The notes below the pieces were generated by a model. It was given only the letters and a program-made list of their open reading frames with translations. It ran no database searches and had not been told where the DNA came from. This document shows positions 51,722-62,384 of a stretch of DNA of 64,000 nucleotides, piece after piece; position 1 is the stretch's first letter; each line of letters begins with the position of its first letter. The position numbers and the translations under genes were made by a program. Origin of the DNA: Haliotis rubra. Its lineage: Eukaryota. The stretch lies in NCBI RefSeq assembly GCF_003918875.1, contig NW_025765186.1:62001-126000 (forward strand). Reading direction: 5' to 3'.

Positions 51722-52286
51722 CTCATATCACATTACATCCCAAGGTACCAGAAGACCGGTATTGTGAGTGAGTATCATAAGACCCTGACTAAGCTTAGTA
51801 GTAAGCCGGATTACTGTTGACGATAGGTTATACGACGGACGTCCCAAAAGTAGTCGGCCTAACTATACTGTCGATGTCCAATGTTAGGAAAGCTTCCATT
51901 TTGTTTTGAAGGATTTATTAGCAAAGCCGTATCCAAAATTTCACGTATGTTTATAATGTGGTTAACGAGATATTAGTCATCACAACTCAATGAGGTATAA
52001 TATTTCTTTAAAAAATTGCAGAAAGTGAAAAACGATCTGTCATTTCGTACCTGTTGGGTAATGGTATGCCCTCAGATAATATCTTATAAAATATGTACAG
52101 TATAGTATTGGATGACTTCCCGTCATAGTCAACATTCAAAGATTTGGATTACTTGATTTATATTTAGACTGTTTTTAAAGGACACCCCCATTATATGAAG
52201 GCAGATTACCATATTAGGAACCATGTGGATATAACACACCGTCCTGAGCATCCTAACTGTTTATTTCTATTTGCAGACACTACAAG

Positions 52287-55200
52287 ATGGAGGCATCTGG
52301 AGCAATGCTGATACTCTTACAAGCCCTACTTATATTCAGTGAGTACTAAANNNNNNNNNNNNNNNNNNNNNNNNNNNNNNNNNNNNNNNNNNNNNNNNNN
52401 NNNNNNNNNNNNNNNNNNNNNNNNNNNNNNNNNNNNNNNNNNNNNNNNNNNNNNNNNNNNNNNNNNNNNNNNNNNNNNNNNNNNNNNNNNNNNNNNNNNN
52501 NNNNNNNNNNNNNNNNNNNNNNNNNNNNNNNNNNNNNNNNNNNNNNNNNNNNACTTCGTGACCTAATGTAAATACCTAGCGCCCAAGTATAACAAGCTGT
52601 TTCTTCCTTTTCATAACGATTATAGCATCCAACAATCGATACAGGTACAATTTCCTATTTCATTTCTTGCATCAATATTTATAACCCACATCTTTGTCAC
52701 GATCCAATATTTTCTTTCTGATAAGAAACACTGTTTCAATGGTTTGCTTGCGAACGTGCGAATCCATTCTATGAAACAGGCATTTAGTTGAATTTAGTTA
52801 CACCATGCGAATCCTTTCTATGAAGCAGGAATTTAGTTGTATTTAGTTACACCATGCGAATCATTTCTATGCAGCAGGCATTTAATTGAATTTAGTTAGA
52901 CCATGCGAATCCTTTCTATGGAGCAGGCATTTAATTGAATTTAGTTAGACCATGCGAATCCTTACTATGAAGCAGGAATTTAGTTGAATTTAGTTACACC
53001 ATGCGAATCCTTTCTATGAAGCAGGCATTTAGTTGAATTTAGTTAGACCGTGCGAGTTGTGCGTGAACCCGCTTTTTGTCATCATCATATGGATGGAGTG
53101 AGAATGTAGCCTCATCATAAATATTACCTTATTGTAATGTGGTTCGACCCCGTTCGTTTCATTTTGATTTTTCAGTATTATCAGTGCACTGTCAAAACAG
53201 CTGTGACTGGGGCAAGTACGGAGACAACTGCAACAAAGACTGTCCATCCACCTGCCTTACCAACCCTGTACGAAAGCTGAAACACTGCCAGAAGGAGACA
53301 GGGAGGTGTTCTGAAGGCTGTGTTCCTGGCTGGTTTGACGATCTCTGTGACAAGGCCTGTGGCAAGAACTGCTTGAGAAACATCTGTAATCGTCAAAATG
53401 CCATCTGCACGCATGGATGTACTGGAAACTACACAGGGGAGCTTTGCAACATTAGAAAAGGTTTGACCGAAACGATTTGAATTCGTAATGGTTGATGCAG
53501 AGCTAAATGAACTCTGTATTGTATATGCATTGTGTGTAAATACATAGACCGTGTTCTTGTGCCAGTCCACCACGTGCAAAATGAGTGAGTGAGTAAGTGA
53601 GTTAATATTTAACGTCACATCGGCAATATTTCAGCCATATCGTGACGAGAACATATTTAACATTGAAATGGAAAATGTGTATACTATCAAAACCTGTCAT
53701 CGAATGACAGTTAAACAACAAGAATATCACAAATACAATTAAAACTAGTGTAAAAAGTTAAAACTAATAGCACTATTAGGACAATACAAGATAAAAACAG
53801 GCCATAGATCGCCAACAACTGAAGGTAGATCACCATACTAGGATCCATGGGGACTTACTGTACCTTTGCTACCTGCATGGACCCTAGTTGGATTTACACC
53901 ATCCCTTCAGCCGTTGGCGATTGTAGGAACAGTTTAGCCGAATTGTAAAGGAACAAATGTACTACGTTTAAGAATCGGGTAAGCAAAAATTTAACTCTGA
54001 AAGTTTTGGGACTTACGTACCCTCTCAGGAGGACAATAATTTTACGATACTTTAACCCCCTTCGAGGATACAGTCACTAACAATCACAGTTACTAATTTA
54101 TACTTACCATCATAAAATATGGACATGCTTGACTGTGATTCTTTCATCACAAGGGATTCAAAATGGAGGATCCTCACCTTTTAATAGGTATTCTTGAGTA
54201 TATCTTGTGTGGCCAATACGACATCGTCGTATGATGACCTCTTCAAATCTGGACTGACAACCCAAGTAGGTGTAACCAGTGTAGGGTTTTATTTCATGTA
54301 ATTTATTGATAACGTGCAAAATGAAGCCACCGCTGATGAAAGTCATTGTTCATGTAGTTCAGTATGCAGGGTAGGTAATCGCGTAAAGGTAAAACAACAA
54401 ACTGTAACATGTAAAACGGTTAAGGTGCTGAAGCCAACACAGGTAATTCTTTATAACGTATCTGTGTTGTGTTTTTGTATCTTGATACACATCCAATAGA
54501 TACATTTAAGGTACTGTTATTTGAATCATATAATTCTTGTTCATCAAAAGCAGTAACAGTTGTTCCCGAGACACCGACGAAAGCACCTTCTGACTCGAAC
54601 TCAACACAACCGACGAACGCATCTTCTGACTCGAACTCAACACAACCGACGAAAGCATCTTCTGACTCGAACTCAGCACAACCGACGAATCTTGCTGCGA
54701 TCCTTGCCCCAGTGTTCATCGTCATCATCATCGTCACTATCATCATTGCTGTGGTGATGTTCAGACTGTAAGTACATATTCTACTAGAAGTTGTGAGTAT
54801 ATGAGTTTGAATTAAATGAATAAACTGACAGTTTCTGACATATGTATTGCCTGTCAGGGGCCATGCTATATTTCACATATTGGGAAACATGGTAAATGCT
54901 GTCATACAATCTCTGTGTAGATGTCCATGCATAATATATAAAACACATGCCTCAGTATTGCCACATGTACTTTTACAGAAGGAAGTGCAAAGCGATAAGA
55001 ACACCTAGAGGTCAGCCGGATAAACGTGCACGGTAAGGAAATACTCTTTATTCAACATTTATGCATGTGAAAGTGCATCTTAGGAAACGTACTCTGTGAA
55101 ATCTTCAGAATAACTAAAACAAAAAAGCGTAACTCATGATCAAGAGTTGTGATGCCCAAATATTTAGTGTAAAAAACTACTTATTAATACTTTGTAAGGC

Positions 55201-58200
55201 AAATGCATATTTTTCATTGCAGTTCTGATGAAAACAGTAAGTATACCTTATTCAAAATCATTTCGCTTGCACAAAGACGTGCCATGTAAACACACAAATA
55301 GCTGGAATGTGACAAATTATATAGCATATTGTAATCATATAGCATAACGACTGCACCTACTGTTTCGGATATAGCACAACACATATCCGCAGTATTATCT
55401 TTCAAGTCACCACTCCAGGCTGATTCGATGACTTTCGACTGATTTCTGCTTAGTGTGTGTGTAGTTTCCAAATCCTTTGCTCAGTTCTTAACACGTCTAT
55501 ACTCAATTCAAATTCAATTCAACTTCAAAGTCACATGTCATTCACTTCTTCAACAAAAATGCCAATACCTTCAATACAGAAGACTTGACTTCTTTTCTTC
55601 ATCAGTCCTTCAATGATTGACATTAATATATATGCTGATGCAGGTCCTCAAATCCTTAATCATATAGAGCCAACACTCCAAATCCAAATCCACGCCTAAC
55701 ACCACTACATGGAGTCCCTCTGACCATGTACTCACATCTCTAGTCATGTGTCAACTCATAGAATTACTTCCCTTGGCCCCTGGCTGGAGCGAACTGTCCC
55801 AAAATGTAGACCAATTTAGTTTCGCACAAAAATATGTTTCAACATAAAATAATTCCAAAGCATAATTTTGGCCATAACAGTGTGGGTTTATTTTCTCATT
55901 TCCCACTTGAATTCAAGATCCTGTAGTTTCAGGATTAACAAGTCACTGTTTCTTGAACATCGTTATGCCCATAATTATTTCATTAACGTAATTTCAATTT
56001 TCTCGAGATAGATTTATAGGATTATTGTGTCATTTTTGCACAAGCTCCACGTGTTTCTTCATCTTCGTCATTATAACCATACAACTGAACCATCAACGTT
56101 TTTTTATCAATGTGCATGTCAGCTGGGACATAGAAATAATCATTTACCATAACGTATAAGTACATATTTGTTAAATATGTTTAATTTGACTGCCAAATAC
56201 CATTTCAGCTTCTTTAATGGAGAAGCCGCCTGCACCAGCTCAGAACAGTAAGTTAAATGTTAATTGACCTTCCAGTATATCGATGATCTTCTGTGAGAAG
56301 AGAACATCAAAATAACATCTTGTTACTCGTTTTTGGCTTTGATTGACACGGTAACTGTCGAAGTAAATGTTTTATTCTTAAATTCTGTGTTATACTTTAA
56401 CACACTTTGACATGTTCTGTAACTCCATAGTGTATATTATTTTGGCAGCTTCGTCTCAGGATGAGGAAATACAAGGCACTCTTACACTACAGACAGGTAT
56501 AAATTGAATTCTCTTCTGCACTTTACTTTTGTGAGACAGAAGTATTTGTTGGTATACAACTTGCAAATATTCACATCTTCTGTATTCCAGAGTTTGATAT
56601 TTACAATGGTTAATCAACAAATGTAATCATTCAGTGTCCTCTATTACAATCAAACTTCAGGTGTTTGTATTTATTTGAACAGATTTGCCATACGAGCTGA
56701 TGAGGGATATCACTGACATCTTCGTTGAAACCGACAGTTTCAAAAAGGTGAAAGAAAAACTGGAAAAGTTTGGCCACGTGACAATAAGCGGTGGTCCAGG
56801 AGCAGGTAAAACACCCGTGGCCCTGATGCTTGGAGCTGAATTCAGGAAACGGCGGTATGAAGTGGTACTGGTTGAGGACGTTGGTACTTTCCAGTTGTCT
56901 GAGTGTCTGTGTAAGAGCAAAGACGTATGTGTCATATTCGATGACGTATTTCAAAACGCTGGGCCATCTATAGACGTACATCGCCTGACACAAGTTCTCT
57001 ATGAGCTCCATGGACATTGTGAACCGTGGACAAGCAAATTGGAAAGAGGATATCACAATCTGCAGCAGACGCCAGGAACCGAACATAGAAGCAACGACCA
57101 TCCAAACCTGTATTTCATATTCACCACAGATACCAAAAAGTTTCAATGTGCAATGTCAAAATTTAAAGACCCTATATTTTTCCAATACTGGTCTATCGTT
57201 GACGTGACCAAACTGAAAGATGAAGAGAAAAAAGCAATATGGATGAAACACAAAAGCCATTTCAAATGTCAAACAAATGTCGACGTGAAAATGATTATTG
57301 AGTACAAAGATATAATTGGTTTTCCATTGACATGCAAACTTTTCTCTAGTCACATGCCCTTTCAAAAACTCAAAGAATCGTTTTTTGAGATGCCTGTTTA
57401 CCATCTTAAACGTGAACTGGATATGATCGTTAATCAGCTGGATGACACGTCATTGAAACTCCTGTTGACATCACTATGTTGCAGCGAACAGAAACTCAAA
57501 CACAGAAAATCAGAACTCCACACTAAATGTGACAACAAAGTACAAAACACGCACCTAAGGGATGTTTTAGCTCTTGTCTCATGTTCCCATCCTCTAATAC
57601 AGGACATGTGTATGTCTGCCATATTGGATACTAAACCAGAGCTGTTCCTCCATAACTGTAGTTTAGCGTTCATCTGTGACCATGTACGTGATCAGCAGCA
57701 TGACACCGCTCCAGCAGAACAGACTGTCATTTATTTCCCAGGTGCTCATAGTGACGTCATCACCGCCAGGCTGGCTGAAGCTGTTGCTGATGGCACGTTC
57801 AGTAACTACATCATGCATCCCATCTGGAAAAGGGGGGAAGTTGCAGACAAAGTGCAACAAATGCTTGGACATGAAGGCACTATGTCACGTGATACTAAGC
57901 ACAGTATTCTCCATTATTCCTGTTTCCTGGGGAACAATGACGCAATAAAACGACTCCTCCCCAACTGTGACATCAACAGACGTGCTGTGAATGGTTGGAC
58001 GCCAGCTATGTTCGCGGTTGCTGGTGGACAGATGGACAGTTTGGATCTCCTTGTGAAGCATAAAGCTGATATCACATAACTTGATGCTATGAACAATGAC
58101 CTATTCCACTTGGCTTGTCAATACACAGACATTTCGGTTGTGAAAATAGTTAAAAGTTTGCTGAAAAAGAGTAAGGCTTGGCATATTAACTGCCGAGGAA

Positions 58201-61200
58201 TGAATGACTGGACACCGATTACGTGTGCAGTTTTCTCTGGTAAGAATGATATCTTGGACTATCTTGTCCACAAAAAGAAAACTGACTTAACATTAAGAGA
58301 TAGCAACAACAACACTGTTCTTCATCTGGCATGTTTGTATGGAAATGAATCCATTGTTAATTCGTTGTTACCATCAACAGACAAAGACGGTCATGGGAGA
58401 AACGGCATGACGCCTGTGATGTGTGCTCTATTGTCAGGGAGGATGGATGTGTTTAACCTTCTCGTGTCACAAAATGCAGACACGGCATTGACCGACGATG
58501 ATAACAACAGTCTCCTTCATTTAGCCTGCCTCCTTGATGACATACCCAGCATCCTACTAACAAAGATTGACGCTGATACTCAAGGAAATCACGGTTGGAC
58601 GCCTCTAATGAAGGCAGCTGTCAATGGATCAAAACATGCATTTGACCAGCTGGACAAAGCAAAGGCTAATCTTTACCCGAAAGACGACAACAGCAACAAT
58701 ATCCTTCACCTGGCATGCCATGGTGGACATGTCTCCATTGTGAAACATCTACTGACAACGTATGACATGAACAGTCGTGGGAATAAAGGATGGACGCCAG
58801 TTATGTATGCAGCTGCCAATGGCTCGAAGGACGTGTTTGACCTGCTTGTGTCTAAGGGTGCTGACTTATCCTTGAAGGATGACTACAGCAACTCTGTATT
58901 TCACTTAGCATGTGTAGGTGGGAACCTATCCATTGTGGAATATCTGCTGCCAAAATCTGACATCAATATCCGGGACAATTATGGAAGGACTGCAATTATG
59001 ACAGCAGCATCTGCAGGCCAAAGTGTTGTCTTTGACGTTCTTTTGTCGAAAAAAGCTGATCTTACAATGTCTGACGAGTACAATGACACTGTCCTACATT
59101 GTGCATGTGCGGGAGGAAATCGATCCGTTGTAGAATATTTACTGGAAAGAATTGACAACAATATTAAAGGAAAGAATAGCTGGACACCAGTGATGGTTGC
59201 AGCTCGCTTTGGAAAGTTAGAGCCTTTCAACCTGCTTGCTTCAAAAGACGCCGATCTCACTCTGATTGACGATCACGGAAACAATCTGCTTCACCTCGCA
59301 TGTCAGGGTGGAAACAGGTTGATCGTGGAAGATCTGCTTCCAAAATTTGACATAAACAGTCGTGGACATAAGGGCAGAACACCTTTGATGCATGCAGCTG
59401 TGAATGGACTGAGAGAAGTGTTTGACCTCCTTATGTCAAAGGGGGCTGATTTTTCACTGAAGGATGAAAACAACAATTCTGTTTTTCATTTGGCTTGTCG
59501 TGGTAGAAATATGTCCATTGTAGAAGGACTCCTACCACATTTTGATGTCAACGGTTTGGAAGATAAAGGTAGGACAGCAATAATGAAGGCCGCTTGTGCT
59601 GGAAATAAGAGTGTCTTCGACTTTCTACTTTCAAAGAACGCCGACCTGTCCATAACTGATGACTACAAAGACAATGTTCTGCATTTTGCATGTAAGGGAG
59701 GTGGGACGAAAATTGTTCAAAATATTCTTCACAGATTTGACATTAATGCTCTGGGAAGGAATGGGGTCACTCCAGTCATGCTGGCTGCTGAATTTGGAAA
59801 CAGAAATATTTTTGACAAACTTGTTTCAAAGCAAGCAGATCTTACTCTCACTGACGACTACAGGAACAACATACTTCACTTTGCATATCAGGGTGGAAAC
59901 AGTTTCATCGTAGATCACCTGCTTTCACTGCCATTTGATATTGGCGTCAACAACCGTGGAAGACATGGCTTGAACCCCGTAATGGTTGCAGCTCGGTTTG
60001 GAATGTTAGACCCTTTCAACTTGCTTCTTGCGAAAGAAGTGGATTTCACTGTGACTGACGACCATTGTAACAACATGCTTCACCTTGCATGCCAGGGTGG
60101 AAATTTAACAATCATCGAGCGTGTTCTTCAAGAGTTTGACATCAATAGTCGTGGACAAGATGGCAGGACACCTTTGATGTATGCAGCTGTTGGTGGACGA
60201 AAGAACGTGTATGGTCTGCTTGTGTCAAAGGGGGCTGAACTGAAGGATGATCATAGGAGCTTCAGAACAAGTGTCATTGACATGTTTACGCCCGGAAAAG
60301 CTGACCCCTTACTGACCGGTGGCCACAGGGATAACGTGCTGCATTCTGCATGTCAAGGAGGGAACACAACCATTGTAAGACATCTTCTGAAGAATATTGA
60401 TATCAATGTCAAAGGACAGAACGGCCTTACACCAATAATGCATGCAGCCAGGGCTGGAAAGAAGATTGTGTTCAACCTACTTCTTTCAGAAAAGGCCAAC
60501 AGGAAACTACTTGATCACTACATAAACAATGTGCTCCATTTCGCTTGCCAAGGTGGCAATAGATCCATCATAGAACAACTCCTAAACGAGTTTGACATCA
60601 ACGGCCCTGGAGAGGATGGATGGACGCCAATAATGATGGCAGCTCTCAGTGGAAAGATGGATGCTTATGATCTGATTGCAACAAATGGGGGTATTCCATC
60701 TTTGACTACTCCACAGAATGACAATGTTCTTCATGCAGCTTGTCAAGGTGGAAACAAAGCCCTTGTTAAGAAGGTCATCGGCAGCTTTGGCATCAACACA
60801 AGGGGTAAGAATGGTTGCACGGCCCTGATGAGAGCTGTTGTTGGAGGCCATATGAGTGTGATGAAGTTCCTGATGTCCCGGCATGCTGACCATACTCTGG
60901 TGGACAAGGATGGACTCACTCTTCTACATCTTGCGTGCAAATTTGGTCACCTTGACATTGTGAAGCATATCTCAGACAAGTTCAATATAAATATTAAAGA
61001 CAAGGCTGGTTTAACATACATCATGACATCAATATTGTATGGTAAAGTGGAAATATTTGACTACTTGAAAAGAAAAGGCGCGGATTTGTCTCTAGTTGAC
61101 AACACAGGAGATGACGCCTCTAGCCTTGCGCTTAAAGTAGGCTGCAGACAAATCTTAGAAAGACTTCCACCGAAGGGAGAGTCAGAGAAGAACGTCGAAC

Positions 61201-61610
61201 CATGGAATGAACTGATGAAGTCACTTGTAAAGAAGGAGTCATGTAATCTGCAGATGTACAGATCAAAGAGTCCTGAACTGAAACAAAAAGGCCAGACTGG
61301 AGACACATTACTCCATCTGGCCTGTCGAGGAGGCAACAGACACTGTGTGGAGTTCCTGCTCCCGTCCTATGACATCAATGTCAGAGGTCGGTACAACTGG
61401 ACACCGGTGATGATGGCGGCTGCATGTGGACATACTGATATCTTCAAGCTGCTGGTGGATCACAAGTCAGATCTCTCTCTGGTCTCAGACACGGGAGAAG
61501 ATCTCCTCAGTCTACTAAGAGAAGCAACAACAGTGACATTGTTGACGCAGTCAGAAACATGCACACCGTTGATGCATAGAGCAGGTAATTCTGACAATTC
61601 ATTTGTGTGA
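52287..61610 (+). CDS. Transmembrane STAND-ankyrin receptor: signal peptide, EGF-like ectodomain, Ser/Thr stalk, TM, nSTAND3-like NTPase, ~35 ankyrin repeats (in-frame TAA at 58077-58079)
   Basis: Exons 52287-52338, 53176-53460, 54551(or 54554)-54767, 54979-55032, 55223-55236, 56209-56247, 56449-56496, 56683-61610. All GT-AG, phases 1,1,2,2,1,1,1, total 5637 nt. Walker A GGPGAGKT, Walker B VCVIFDDVF; TM LAAILAPVFIVIIIVTIIIAVVMF followed by RLRKCK. Confidence 0.8.
52351..52552. other. Assembly gap (N run) inside intron 1 of the receptor gene
   Basis: Run of n. Confidence 1.
52757..53055. repeat. 49-bp minisatellite, ~6 copies
   Basis: Unit ACCATGCGAATCCTTTCTATGAAGCAGGCATTTAGTTGAATTTAGTTAC. 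Confidence 0.9.
53582..54312 (-). mobile_element. I/Nimb-clade LINE 3' end (intronic, antisense)
   Basis: EEVIIRRCRIGHTRYTQEYLLKGEDPPF, a 3' UTR, and tail GATGTGACGTTAAATATTAACTCACT.ACTCACTC. Confidence 0.8.
56683..58079 (+). CDS. nSTAND3-like P-loop NTPase domain plus first ankyrin repeats (5' part of last exon)
   Basis: FVETDSFKKVKEKLEKFGHVTISGGPGAGKT, VIFDDVF, FIFTT, IGFPLTCKLF, SHPLIQD; ends ADIT-TAA. Confidence 0.85.
58089..61610 (+). CDS. Ankyrin-repeat array (3' part of last exon, same frame as the NTPase)
   Basis: Alternating 'G.TP.M.A...G' and 'N.LH.AC.GG' repeats over 1173 aa. Confidence 0.9.
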   Translation: MNNDLFHLACQYTDISVVKIVKSLLKKSKAWHINCRGMNDWTPITCAVFSGKNDILDYLVHKKKTDLTLRDSNNNTVLHLACLYGNESIVNSLLPSTDKDGHGRNGMTPVMCALLSGRMDVFNLLVSQNADTALTDDDNNSLLHLACLLDDIPSILLTKIDADTQGNHGWTPLMKAAVNGSKHAFDQLDKAKANLYPKDDNSNNILHLACHGGHVSIVKHLLTTYDMNSRGNKGWTPVMYAAANGSKDVFDLLVSKGADLSLKDDYSNSVFHLACVGGNLSIVEYLLPKSDINIRDNYGRTAIMTAASAGQSVVFDVLLSKKADLTMSDEYNDTVLHCACAGGNRSVVEYLLERIDNNIKGKNSWTPVMVAARFGKLEPFNLLASKDADLTLIDDHGNNLLHLACQGGNRLIVEDLLPKFDINSRGHKGRTPLMHAAVNGLREVFDLLMSKGADFSLKDENNNSVFHLACRGRNMSIVEGLLPHFDVNGLEDKGRTAIMKAACAGNKSVFDFLLSKNADLSITDDYKDNVLHFACKGGGTKIVQNILHRFDINALGRNGVTPVMLAAEFGNRNIFDKLVSKQADLTLTDDYRNNILHFAYQGGNSFIVDHLLSLPFDIGVNNRGRHGLNPVMVAARFGMLDPFNLLLAKEVDFTVTDDHCNNMLHLACQGGNLTIIERVLQEFDINSRGQDGRTPLMYAAVGGRKNVYGLLVSKGAELKDDHRSFRTSVIDMFTPGKADPLLTGGHRDNVLHSACQGGNTTIVRHLLKNIDINVKGQNGLTPIMHAARAGKKIVFNLLLSEKANRKLLDHYINNVLHFACQGGNRSIIEQLLNEFDINGPGEDGWTPIMMAALSGKMDAYDLIATNGGIPSLTTPQNDNVLHAACQGGNKALVKKVIGSFGINTRGKNGCTALMRAVVGGHMSVMKFLMSRHADHTLVDKDGLTLLHLACKFGHLDIVKHISDKFNINIKDKAGLTYIMTSILYGKVEIFDYLKRKGADLSLVDNTGDDASSLALKVGCRQILERLPPKGESEKNVEPWNELMKSLVKKESCNLQMYRSKSPELKQKGQTGDTLLHLACRGGNRHCVEFLLPSYDINVRGRYNWTPVMMAAACGHTDIFKLLVDHKSDLSLVSDTGEDLLSLLREATTVTLLTQSETCTPLMHRAGNSDNSFV

Positions 61611-62384
61611 ACAGAATGAAAACAACAGATGTGTATTTTTCTGCCCATTATATTCTGTATGAGTATGCACTTATAGGGACATGTGCGTTATGTCATCAAC
61701 ATGTTTTGGTACATTAACTTTAGTGATGGAATGACACAAACTGATGCACTGTGGGTTATTGTACATTTCTCAGGACAAATTGATTCATTGTGAATGTCCA
61801 CAGTAATTTAGTTTTGATATAACCAAACGAAATCAGATGAAAACATGTGTCCATCTCAGACAAGATATACTGGTGAAAACATAAACTTGAAGTTAAATAT
61901 ACTTAACCACGTTAATATTTAAATAAGAATTGGTTTTATCTACCTAATCTGATGCCTGTGGTAAGAGGCAACTAACGGGAGCTGATCTCTGATGTTAATC
62001 ATCTGCTCATCTGATCCAGACGCAATTAAATAGATCGTCTAGCTGGAATGTCCCAAACAAACTATGATATATAATGCATGATCTAAACATTTCATAACTG
62101 TATTCATGGGTTTTTGTTCTTAAATGAAAACATGGCAACAAATTCAAAACACATCTGTTTACCACCATGTTAGCCTCGACAGTGAAACATCGCATCTGTT
62201 GCAATAAAGAAGCTGTCTGTCCATAACAAGTGTTCCTCTTCATCATACCAGATTCTAAATGACAGAAGGTATTTTCATTCAACTATCACTTACGTAGTCG
62301 TGATGTGGTAGGACTACTACTGTAGCTGAAATCGGTTATATATAAACCTATCCAGCTTGAATGGTGCTGACTCAAAATACCAGA

